A DNA stretch of 64,000 nucleotides from Lytechinus pictus. Taxonomy: Eukaryota. The position numbers were made by a program, and so were the translations under genes. Under the pieces are notes generated by a model. That model was given only the letters and a program-made list of their open reading frames with translations. It was not told the origin of the DNA and did no database searches. The stretch spans positions 5,148,001 to 5,212,000 of the forward strand of contig NC_087252.1 of the NCBI RefSeq assembly GCF_037042905.1. Reading direction: 5' to 3'. This document shows, piece after piece, positions 24,306 to 35,352 of the stretch. Each line of letters opens with the position of its first letter. The stretch's first letter is position 1.

Positions 24306-26573
24306 AGTCCCTTCAGCGTTCATCTGCAATACGACCGAGTGCGATTTCAGTGTCATTGCTCCATTAACTAACTACACGAAACGAAAATATGTCTGTGTTT
24401 TGTCTGTGTTTTCTGCACGAATATACAACTGAAATGATGTGAAAAGATTTTGTTATATATGTTTGTACTCAACCTTTCTGTAAATAAGACAGATTTTCTT
24501 AGAATATAGGCTTTCGGAGAAACTAAGAAAAGAAGTGTATTCCCACACAATGCAAAAAGTGATGGGATGTGACTGTTCCTGTTTCATTTTTTTTCCATAT
24601 CTTGCGAAATATAATATGCCTACATTTTAATATTCGATAGTTAAAACATGAATAATACAGTATATAGTACAATATACTACATGTAATTCAATAGACATAC
24701 AACAAAGGAAATATCATTTAAGTTTCAAATTTGAGACGCACAAAAAGCAAAATAAAGATGAAAATATAGATATATATGGCGGATCCAAAATATAGTTCAT
24801 TACTTTTTTCTTTACTTGGCAGCCCAATTAAGGGATGGGGGTAGATCAGCCACCGGATAGTGGATATATAAAGTATAGTTTTACAGTTTTCTCACTCGGC
24901 TGTTCATATTTATATTAAATAAAAAATATGCTGTTGATGAAACGCTTCCCAGGTAATAATGAGCTTTAGAATGTCATAGAATATTCGATGGAAATAACAG
25001 GATTTGACGCAGTTCTCCATAATGAGTGAAAATAATTCGAGTTGAAAATGCTTTTCAATGTTTGTGCAGAAAATATCTAATAATCACATGTTTGTTACCA
25101 CCGTAAGATATATGCCATGGATAGAGACATGACTGGAGTGCGAAAGCTAAAATAATGATAATAATTATGATAATAATAATAATGATAATAAAATAGAATA
25201 AATCCATAGATGTGAAAATATAATCCAGCTATACCGGTAGATCAATACATGGAATATAAAGTAAAGTGGCAAATACGTTACCCATACGGCGATAAGCCTT
25301 ATTATTATTATGAATGATAATTTAATTTATATTATAGATATAATTAAGTATAAGCCTGACCCATACGCATTGATAAACCTCATATTATTTCATGACCATC
25401 ATAGGAATCAACCTGGGAGTAGGGGCTTGTAGAAGGCGATGCCCACCCCCCAAAATTGGGCAAATATCGATTCCCCCCAAATGATTTGTTTTTACAATTA
25501 CCATTTTTCATGATATGCCAAAATGCTATGCAAGTATATGTTTAAAAAAGTATCATAAACATACAAAATTGTCAATTCTTTGGGCGTGCTTCGCGTGAAA
25601 AAGTTTGTGCCGGCGCCTATTAAATTTTTTTTTTTACCACCCCCCTATCCGAAGCATGCATGGATCGATGCCCTTTATGTCCACAATATTATGTAATGCA
25701 CACTTTATCCCAACTTCCAGTAAAATGTAAATAAACAATTTATTCAAAATTTCAATATCAATAGTTCAGGAGTGTACACTGGTCATAAATCAGATTTAAC
25801 TAAGTGAATTGCCCCCCAAAAATAGAATGGATAAAAATCAAAATAAATAAATAAATGCAGAAACAGAAAACATATAGGCCAACTGATAACCCCGCCTGTC
25901 AGCACACACACAAAAAAATATATCTCAATGTATTTTAAATACGCGAACGAGGAAGATGTCTTAGTTTCAAGGGCAAACTTATAGAGAACTTTGAGCGGGG
26001 TCAAAATGGTACTGCGCTTTCTTACGAACCCCCAACTGAATTCAGGCCTTCGTCATTTGATATTCATAAATTCTATACTCATCAGGTAGAAAGACTACAC
26101 GGAACATAACCCCATGATCGCCACCATTCATAACACAGTAGCTTTCTTTACGCCAAGTTTGCTCTAACGTCAGCTTTGATAAACGGTTTTTAGATATAGA
26201 TTGTTCCCCATTTTAAGTTGGTGATAATTAAGAGGGTTCCGAGACGTCTCGTCAATGATAGGGTATATTTATTCGTTAACATGGTTAATGTACTTTTCTA
26301 TACCCTCTTTACATGGGAGAGAAAACAAAATGTACAGGGGGTATAACGTGTTCACAAAAGATTAACACAATATTTGTGTGGTATGGAAGGATTGGTTGAC
26401 ATATAAATTTGCATTAACCCGTTCCATCCTGATATGATATACGGAGGTCAGACGACTACCAAGACTACGAGTTAACTGGACGAGCTTGCAGACCTCGTTT
26501 GTTTTCTCGCAGAAGCGCTATGTTCTATTTTTCATTACTTTGACTTCGGCGATAGTGCTAAAGTATAGCTTTA

Positions 26574-27354
26574 GGCCCATATTCTGAAGTCGGGTTTAAC
26601 TTAAACTCAGGAGTAAAGTTGTGGTTTAAGTATGGATAGCCAATTGGTACATAAATCACAACAGTAGAGATATCATATTTCAGCTCATTTGACTCTCAAA
26701 TCATTCATAGTTGTCTAGGAAGTATAAATAGATGATTGTCTCCACCATTGAAGAATCAGGAAAGAGCAGAGGTGCCATGAGCCTAATTACATCAGGAGGG
26801 CTAAAGATATTCGTTCGACCCAACCCATTCGAATTTTTTCAATTTGATATTGCTGATTGACAAAAGTGTATGAATATGATTCAAAATCTAACACTGATTC
26901 TAGAAATGGTAACTACTGAACTTCCTTTGCCCAAATTGGGAAGATATATCAATGATTTGGAACTATTTTTTGACTGGCGGAAGAATTGGGGCTATTTTAC
27001 TGTTTCAGGTGATGAATTTGATCCCATCATAGTTATCTTCATAAACGGCGATTAATTTTTAAAATGAGCTGGCTACGATACCCTTCTCTGGTCAGATGTG
27101 GAATGTCAGATATATATCCTATCCAAAGGTAGTAAACATTCGACCCTCTAATTTCACATTTATTTTTTATGAATTTTAATGAATGAGTGCCATTTTAACA
27201 CACAAGTCTATGGGGAATGTTTTACGCGCGTTACATCCAGAGTAAATATAAGAAACATGCAACTTAACAAAAATTTTGACACTATTGGCTTCCCATAATT
27301 GTAGCACAGAGTCAGACCATTGTTTAAGTTAAACCTGACTTCAGAATACGGGCC
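26574..27354. mobile_element. PIF/Harbinger-type MITE with an internal insertion (~26770-27240)
   Basis: TTA|GGCCCATATTCTGAAGTC...GACTTCAGAATACGGGCC|TTA. The end of the insert matches 15165-15250 in reverse. Confidence 0.7.
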
Positions 27355-27357
27355 TTA

Positions 27358-27523
27358 CACTGTAAAAAATGATGTGCTAATTTAGCACTTAAAGTGCTTG
27401 TATAGTGACTGCACTACGAGTGCTGATTATTTAGTTCAAATTTAAACTAGAAAATCAGCACTCGTAGTACAGTCACTATACAAGCACTTTAAGTGCTAAA
27501 TTAGCACACCATTTTTTACAGTG
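27358..27523. mobile_element. Fully palindromic CACTA/CMC-type MITE
   Basis: TA|CACTGTAAAAAA...TTTTTTACAGTG|TA; near-perfect 166-bp hairpin. Confidence 0.8.
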
Positions 27524-27696
27524 TAGAGTCTAAATATTTGTATTTATTCAAGTTAGATCCAGAATCTACATCTATGTCGTTTCAGCTGTCAGCATGAGCC
27601 TAGTAATATCTTAGACATGCCCATGAAAGCAAATATTATGATTAATCGTACGTGGACCTGTTTTTCGAGGAATTTTGAATGATATCAGCACTTATA

Positions 27697-28435
27697 GGGC
27701 TTGTTACAACCGATAATGTCGCACCAACGCATAATGTCGCAGATTGCGACATTATGCCAAGAGCGTCCGACGCATAATGTCGCAGTCAACGCATAATGTC
27801 GTAGTTTTTCTAACGCATAACGTCACATGTCGCAACGCATAATGTCGCAGCAAATTGTCAACGCATAATGTCACATGTCGCAACGCATAATGTCACAGCG
27901 GTATTTTCTTCAGGACTCGAGCTACACATAAGATATAAAATATGCTTTCACTAATTATTTTGAGACACGAGAAAGAGAATTAAGTGATTTGGAAATGAGG
28001 ATTACTCTTTGTATGGATATTTTATCGGTTTATTGCCATTTCGTCTACTGCCTTTCCCCCATTATCGCATATGGTCTGATATCATTTCGTCTACCATTAG
28101 TTTATAGTCAACTATCAACATAGTCCAATAACCAGTTCGTCTAATCACCATCTCGTCTAATAGCCATTTGGTCTAATAGCCGTTTTGTTTATTATCATTT
28201 AGTCTAATTGTATTTTTTTCAATTGGTCCAATATCCACTTTGTCCAATATCATTACTTCTATTACCTTTTGGTCTAATAGCCAATTGGTCTAATAACCAC
28301 TTGGTCTACTCTAATTTCGTCCATGTTCCATTTGTCTAACTTCAGTTGGTTCACTATTACTTTGTCTAAACCCATTTCGGCTAACAATCATTTGGTAGAT
28401 TTTCCATGGGTACAATCACCAATAGGTCCAATCAC
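27697..28435 (+). repeat. Dispersed repeat with AACGCATAATGTCGC units; inverted copy at 41555-42303
   Basis: About 740 bp of colinear reverse-complement similarity. Confidence 0.8.
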
Positions 28436-28810
28436 CATCTCGTCTAATCATCATTCCGTCCATTAGGCATATTCATTTCATCTTATAACCATTAATGGTA
28501 TACTGGCACTATACCTCTACGGTGACTCTATGTATCATTGCCGACTTGTTGCAGTACTACGCCTGATTTGTGGTTCAGATCAGCTCGCGAGCGCAAAAAA
28601 ACCCTTTACCATCCGCCGACAGGGCATAGGCAGGGAAAGGGCCGGCTCCCCCCCCCCCCGCATAAAAAAGGAAGGGGAACGAAAGAAATGGGAAAAGAAG
28701 GAAAAAGAGAGGAGGGAAAATGAGGAAAAATTAGAGGAGACAGAAGAGTGAATAAAATAGGGTGAGGTGAAGACTTTGAAAAAAAAAAAAAAATTTGTCA
28801 TGTCTCAAAA

Positions 28811-29020
28811 GAGGCGCGATAGCTCAGTCGGTAAAGCGGGGGTTTCTGATTCCGGTGACCCGGATTCGATTCCTAATTGGTGCATTAGTGCCCTTTGGTG
28901 TAAAGGCATAATAGTCATTATGCCTACCAGGTCCATTGGAGAGGACCTTAAGCCGTCGGTCCTCTGGTTGCTTGCTTATAAGCATTCATGCTTTCTTAGC
29001 AACCAGGTAAAAAATCACCA
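28811..29020 (+). mobile_element. tRNA-derived SINE (reverse-strand fragment of the same family at ~29478-29590)
   Basis: A box TAGCTCAGTCGG, B box GGATTCGATTCC; the body is shared with the 29478-29590 fragment. Confidence 0.75.
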
Positions 29021-31744
29021 TGTACTATATAGGCTAAAATTTTCGCTTCGCGCTCGCATCCACATCTACTTCAGAATTTTCATGCATAGTGCTTGAAAAA
29101 GTGCATAAATTTACCCCTTTTCGGACTGGAATATGAAGTATTTTTAGCTCGCGCTTCGCTCTCGCTTTATATTTGAATGCTTTTCCAGTTCTGATTTGCT
29201 TTGCAAAGTGTACATCGATAATTATTACTATTATTGTTTTTACTATTACGAAGTTATATTATGCATGTGTGTAAAATTAGGTAATGAAAATAAATTTTGG
29301 GGCTGGCCTCACATACAAGCATTGCTTATTTTTGGCAGCCCCTCCGTTTCACTCTAATTTACAAAAAAATCATTTCAGGCAGCTTAATGTCATTAATTGT
29401 GTTTATCAAATCTAGAGGCCTTATTATGTTTTATAAGATGTTATGTTACGTTATACATGTATGTTATGTTATACCGAGGTTCTACCTGACTGCTAAGAAA
29501 GCACGAATACCTGTGAGCAAGCAACCAGGGGACCAACGGCTTAAGGTCCTCTCTGATGGACCTGGTAATGAGGACAAATGCCTTGCCTTTTGCCTGGCGA
29601 CTATTTTAGCTACGGCTTTGGTTTTTTTCTTTGAAAGAAATAACATTTTCGTTTGAATTATTTGTTTTTCTTTCTTTCTCCTCCATTCTTTTCTTTTGTT
29701 CTGTTTTATTTTCTTTTCCCCTTTTTTATTCTTCTTATTTTGTTCCTCTACCTTCTTTTCATTTTTTTTTGTCTGTTTTCTTTTTCTTTCTTCCCTTTTT
29801 TATTCTTCTCTTTTGCCTTTTGCTCTTTTCCTTTTTTTCTTCTTCGTCATTTTTCTTCTTTTCTTTTTTTTGTCTCTAATTTTTTTCTTGTCTTTATCCT
29901 CTCTTTTTCTTCTTTGTATCTTCATTGTTTTCGATATATTATGCACATGGTATCGTACTACAAGTTTTTTTTTTATTATTATTATTGGAAACTGTATAGA
30001 TATATGTAAATAAACAAGTGAAGAAATAAATGAACACTCATAGGAATATATTCGTTGATCAAAATTATTGAGTGATCAGCAAACCATCTATTTAAGATAT
30101 TGATGCCTATTTTTTTTTTTAACCCAGCCTCTGACAGGCCTTTGCTGGCTTAGCCTAGAGGACTCCGTGATGTAAAATGATTTAAAAATATAATCATGGA
30201 GTCCAATGCTGGCTCCCACATATTTTAATTTTTTTTCTCTCTCTTGTTATGTTTTCCATTTTGTTTATTTTGTATACTGTGCATGTATCCTTAGTTTCAA
30301 TTTGAAATGTATGTTGTATTTTTTAATGAGAATTTAAAATAAATAAATGAAATGAAAATATATGCAAATCTCATTATCATCCAACAACCATTTTCATACA
30401 ATATTGATGTATTAATTTGTATTATGTTTGAACGGAGATCGTAAGATAGAGTATAGAATCATGAAATGTGATTATAATTTATATGTTTGTTTATATAGAT
30501 TAATATGTTATCTTTTATCTTCTTGGCATTTTTTAAGCTTCAATCATTGAGTATATAAATCTCTGCGGGATAAGTATAGGCCTATAATTACTAAGAATTG
30601 AGTTGCTCATTATAGGACGCATAATCATGCTTGTCTGATTGTTTTCCTGGCGTCCAATAGGTTTTTTTCTAAAGACATTCCATTCTTTATATTGTTTTTG
30701 CTTAAGAATTAATGAATAATCATAGCGACACTAAATCAGCTTATCTTTACTTCTACTACTATACAATTGAAGAATTGACGCAGAAATCAAATTTTGTGAT
30801 AGATTTTGTCATAACATCCCAATACAAGTTAGGCCTTTATCATGCACCTTTTCCTTTTTTTCTATAACAAGTACGTAGCAAGGAGGCGGTGTGAGGATCT
30901 TTCCCACCCTAACGCCCCCCCCCAAAAAAAAGGAGAAACGGTGATTGCGAAGGGGGAAACAATGGCGAAAAAGATAGCTTTGCGGGATTTTCTTTCTCAT
31001 TCTCTCTAAACATTTGCTTCCGCGCATGTTTGCGAGAAAATCATTGTTTTTCTCATTTGTTTACCTTTCTGTACTACTCCGTTTTCTTATCCCGGCTATA
31101 TTGCTAGTGTGTTTCGTGGCGGCATCAAGTTTTAAAGAATAATATTTGGGAACGGAATTAGTATTAACATTATAGGTCAAAGCCAGGGGCGGAAATCTCT
31201 CCCAAAAGGTAGGGGGGACACAGGGGCGGATCCAGCCTTCGCCAATAGGGGGGGGGGGCGGAAATTTGTTTCAGCCATATTTTCCCCGATCGGCAGCTCG
31301 AAGATGATTTTTGTTTGTTTCTTTGAAGGGATAGTCCTCATTAGTCACTTCTTAGCTTTATTCTTATTAATTAATATATAATATCATAATCCTTATTTAT
31401 ATGATGCGAGCGCGAAGCGCGAGTCAATTTTTTTGGGACATTTTCACCCAAAGAATGGAAATTCTAAGCGCTTTTTGTAACTCAAGCAGAATAGGTATAT
31501 AAGTAAACAATTGATGCGAGCGCGAAGCGCGAACGGAAAATTTCGAGATTTAGTCCTATAATATTTACTGAACGAGACACTCTATTCACGTTTTGTAAAT
31601 CATGAAAAGGATGAGTATTAATAATGCGAGCGCAAAGCGCGAGCAGAAAATTTTTATATACGTTTTGAACTGGTACCTGTTGAAAAGGTAGCTGTTAAGG
31701 ACTGCTTGCACTTAAGTAGTTATAGGTTAGACCTCATACCAACT

Positions 31745-31995
31745 TGACCTTTGATCTTTGACCCATGACCTTTGACCCATGCCCTTTGACCTGGTCAGCT
31801 ATGACCTTTAGCCCGGTCAGCCTTTGACCTTTGGCCCGGTCAGCCATGACCTTTAGCCTGTTCAGCCTTTGACCACATGACCTTTAGCCTGTCAGCCTTT
31901 GACCTTTAGCCCAGTAAGCCATGACCTTTAGCCCGGTCATCCATGCCCTTTACCCCGGTCAGCCTTTGACCACACGACCCGATGGGTTGACCCAG
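31745..31995. repeat. Subterminal array of ~14 TGACC(T/C/A) motifs (mirror at ~36478-36728)
   Basis: Includes TGACCTTTGACCC at 31766-31778, an AGGTCA-type DR1. Confidence 0.8.
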
Positions 31996-33142
31996 ACTTC
32001 CGGCCAGCCACAACGTCACCATGAATCGGTATTACGACACAGTTACGCAACCACGGCCGTGATGTCATATCCCAGGGAATTACCCTTTACCCGGTATTGC
32101 ACCACCGTGGCGCAATCGTCACGTATAGGATACGATGCACAAAACAGACGTATGATTTCTGCACAGTTTCCTATCGAAAAAAGGATCTTTCTCCGCCTTC
32201 CAGCGGATATGTCAACCGCCTCGCATGACGTCACCGGCTACGTAAGCACCGTGATGTCATCCCAGGGAATTCCCCTTATCCCATCGTATCGGTATTGCAC
32301 CACCGTGGCGCAATCGTCACGTATAGGATACGATGCACGAAACAGACGTATGATTTCTACACAGTTTCCTATTGAAAAAATTATCTTTCTTTGCCTACCA
32401 GCAGATATGTCGAACCCGATATGTCAAGTGCCTCGCGGTTCACGAATCGATCACCCCACTCACGACCAACGCCCGTCATTGAACTTGGGATATCCTATTC
32501 AAGGTGAAAGCCGGCTCTCTCTGTCTCTTATTACAACAATTATTGGTAATCCAACATGTGATTATAATCCTGATAACAGTGGCATCTCAAGCTCTACTCA
32601 TTCCAGACTTTCCCCCATCAAAACTCTCTGACTTTTCCATACTGTTTTGTACATACCTCCATACTTTTCATTTTAACTCACATGACCTGCACGGCTCTCT
32701 GACCCGCAAAAGTATACTATATTGAAACCCGTAGACGACTCCTTTCAATCAACTTCATTCATCCGCAGTACAGATGGTGATAACATGAAACACTATACAG
32801 TCAAGGATGATTCTTTATTATTACTATCATTTATTCTATTCCATTTCAATGTAGATAGGTTCAATTAGTGTATAAACAGCAGATTTTGATACAAAGGTAA
32901 AAATAATGTAAGATATGTTCTCAAATTACGTTGTCACAACAAAATAATTAACTGTTCATTGTTAATATTAAAGTGAAGTTCTCGTTTTTTTCTTTTCCTT
33001 CGCTTAACTTATTGGATTGTAACACATGTCTATGGATGGCATTCAGAAAATATGAACACAATGAAGTTCAAACTGTCATTTATGCCCGCATTTATGTTGA
33101 CGGCGTTTTCTTGGATTATTCGACAAGCTGATGTTTGTGCCT

Positions 33143-33793
33143 TTAGTTGTAGGTTCCATCTTCACCCTCCGTTTCTTCTCCACCATCATCATTATCGTCA
33201 TCGTCACCTTGATACTGGAATAAACCATCGAATTGTGAACCATGCCTGGCTAACACTCTCTGTACGGCTTTCCGGAATTCCATGCCATTCTCTAATCTTT
33301 CCGTGAGATCGGACACGATTTCATGATTGATGTCAGCGTCTTCGAGGTACACGTTCTGCTGCAAGAACTGAGAGTACAGATCGAAAAAGATGCGTTTGAC
33401 TGCCCACATTAGTTTCACGTGAGCCTTTGCTTTAGCGTCTTCTTCTTCCATTCCTTCTGAGATGTATTTCTGATATTTTTCGTCTCTCAAGTCCTTGGTG
33501 GCCGTCATGGCTTGCTCTAACCATCCTCGATAAGCGAGGTTGTCTTCAGTTTCTTCCATGTTTGCTGTCATTGACGATTCGTGTCCATCGCTTTCTGATA
33601 CGCTCGTTTCGGAATCACCGTTGGATTCTTCAACTCTTTGCATTTGAGAGGATGGGTCGGATTCTTCATCTTCACTCGTTTCTTCTCCAGTATCATGCTC
33701 AATTTGTTCATGCCTCTGCATGTTATATTTCCTACTAAAAGTTTTATCGCATCGTGAACAAGCGTAACGGTTGGACATATCCAATATATTCAT
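33143..33793 (-). CDS. C2H2 zinc-finger protein with acidic tracts, 216 aa from the first ATG (left copy)
   Basis: YACSRCDKTFSRKYNMQRHEQIEH = C-x2-C-x12-H-x4-H, then an acidic linker, a helical domain and an acidic tail. Intronless; translation identical to the right copy. Confidence 0.85.
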   Translation of the reverse strand: MNILDMSNRYACSRCDKTFSRKYNMQRHEQIEHDTGEETSEDEESDPSSQMQRVEESNGDSETSVSESDGHESSMTANMEETEDNLAYRGWLEQAMTATKDLRDEKYQKYISEGMEEEDAKAKAHVKLMWAVKRIFFDLYSQFLQQNVYLEDADINHEIVSDLTERLENGMEFRKAVQRVLARHGSQFDGLFQYQGDDDDNDDGGEETEGEDGTYN

Positions 33794-33885
33794 GCTGACT
33801 CGATGATTATTTGTTGGGAAATGAAGAAAATTAACGTTCAAACTTGTAATTATACGTAATCATGAAACGCGCGCGAAGGTACTTT

Positions 33886-34283
33886 GATTCTTACGGATTT
33901 TTACGCATTCTTACGGATTCTTACTCATTCTTACGGATTCTTACGGATGTTTACTCATTCTTACTCATTCTTACTCATTCTTACGGATTTTTTACGGATT
34001 CTTACGGATGTTTACGGATTCTTACGGATGTTTACGGATTCTTACGGATGTTTACGGATTCTTACGGATTCTTACTCATTCTTACGGATTCTTACTCATT
34101 CTTACGGATTCTTACGGATTTTTTACGGATTCTTACGGATGTTTACGGATTCTTACGGATTCTTACTCATTCTTACGGATTCTTACTCATTCTTACGGAT
34201 TCTTACGGATTTTTTACGGATTCTTACGGATGTTTACGGATTCTTACGGATTCTTAGGGATGTTTACGGATCCTTACGGATCC
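33886..34283 (+). repeat. 10-bp minisatellite, ~40 units (TTACGGATTC / TTACGGATGT / TTACTCATTC)
   Basis: Directly visible; a shorter inverted array (~24 units) lies at 34364-34609. Confidence 0.95.
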
Positions 34284-34326
34284 ACGTTGGAATGACCCAT
34301 GCTGCATGGGTCATTCTAGCGTGGAT
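34280..34326. other. Central hairpin of the palindromic element
   Basis: ATCCACG-TTG-GAATGACCCATGC-T-GCATGGGTCATTC-TAG-CGTGGAT: a 13-bp perfect inverted repeat around T34303, extendable to 23 bp with two G-T pairs. Confidence 0.9.
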
Positions 34327-34363
34327 GAACATATTTTCCTTGAGATTATATGAAAGCATTGAT

Positions 34364-34609
34364 TAATCCGTAAAAATCCGTAAGAATCCGTAAGAATCCT
34401 AAACATCCGTAAGAATCCGTAAACATCCGTAAACATCCGTAAGAATCCGTAAACATCCGTAAGAATCCGTAAAAAATCCGTAAGAATCCGTAAGAATGAG
34501 TAAGAATCCGTAAGAATGAGTAAGAATCCGTAAGAATCCGTAAACATCCGTAAGAATCCGTAAACATCCGTAAGAATCCGTAAACATCCGTAAGAATCCG
34601 TAAAAAATC
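34364..34609 (-). repeat. Inverted 10-bp minisatellite, ~24 units
   Basis: GAATCCGTAA / ACATCCGTAA / GAATGAGTAA units. Confidence 0.95.
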
Positions 34610-34617
34610 AAAGTACC

Positions 34618-34680
34618 TTCGCGCGCGTTTCATGATTACGTATAATTACAAGTTTGAACGTTAATTTTCTTCATTTCCCA
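34618..34680 (+). promoter_or_regulatory. Putative Pol II core promoter of the zinc-finger gene (mirror at ~33815-33877)
   Basis: TTCGCGCGCG (E2F-like), TATAAT at 34641, and Inr-like TCATTTC at 34671 (~30 nt spacing). ATG at 34702 has A at -3. Confidence 0.5.
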
Positions 34681-34701
34681 ACAAATAATCATCGAGTCAG
34701 C

Positions 34702-35352
34702 ATGAATATATTGGATATGTCCAACCGTTACGCTTGTTCACGATGCGATAAAACTTTTAGTAGGAAATATAACATGCAGAGGCATGAACAAATTGAGCAT
34801 GATACTGGAGAAGAAACGAGTGAAGATGAAGAATCCGACCCATCCTCTCAAATGCAAAGAGTTGAAGAATCCAACGGTGATTCCGAAACGAGCGTATCAG
34901 AAAGCGATGGACACGAATCGTCAATGACAGCAAACATGGAAGAAACTGAAGACAACCTCGCTTATCGAGGATGGTTAGAGCAAGCCATGACGGCCACCAA
35001 GGACTTGAGAGACGAAAAATATCAGAAATACATCTCAGAAGGAATGGAAGAAGAAGACGCTAAAGCAAAGGCTCACGTGAAACTAATGTGGGCAGTCAAA
35101 CGCATCTTTTTCGATCTGTACTCTCAGTTCTTGCAGCAGAACGTGTACCTCGAAGACGCTGACATCAATCATGAAATCGTGTCCGATCTCACGGAAAGAT
35201 TAGAGAATGGCATGGAATTCCGGAAAGCCGTACAGAGAGTGTTAGCCAGGCATGGTTCACAATTCGATGGTTTATTCCAGTATCAAGGTGACGATGACGA
35301 TAATGATGATGGTGGAGAAGAAACGGAGGGTGAAGATGGAACCTACAACTAA
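34702..35352 (+). CDS. C2H2 zinc-finger protein with acidic tracts, 216 aa from the first ATG (right copy)
   Basis: Identical translation to the left copy. AATAAA at 35660 and 35676, followed by a GT-rich tract. Confidence 0.85.
   Translation: MNILDMSNRYACSRCDKTFSRKYNMQRHEQIEHDTGEETSEDEESDPSSQMQRVEESNGDSETSVSESDGHESSMTANMEETEDNLAYRGWLEQAMTATKDLRDEKYQKYISEGMEEEDAKAKAHVKLMWAVKRIFFDLYSQFLQQNVYLEDADINHEIVSDLTERLENGMEFRKAVQRVLARHGSQFDGLFQYQGDDDDNDDGGEETEGEDGTYN

Noticed and set aside
29631..30013. Phe/Leu-rich ORFs as membrane proteins
   Set aside because: T/C-rich low-complexity DNA open in all three frames.
31732..31740. Shared GTATGAGG motif linking the two palindromic elements
   Set aside because: Only 8-9 bp, in opposite orientation relative to the ends, with different TSD lengths and no other similarity seen.
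31921..32631. 236-aa ORF and its mirror 35964-36551 as genes
   Set aside because: They run through the TGACC array and the 198-bp repeat, show no domain I recognise, and are frameshifted relative to each other.
33862..34633. ORFs with FLRILTDSYG-like repeats
   Set aside because: Translations of a stop-poor 10-bp minisatellite, open in several frames.
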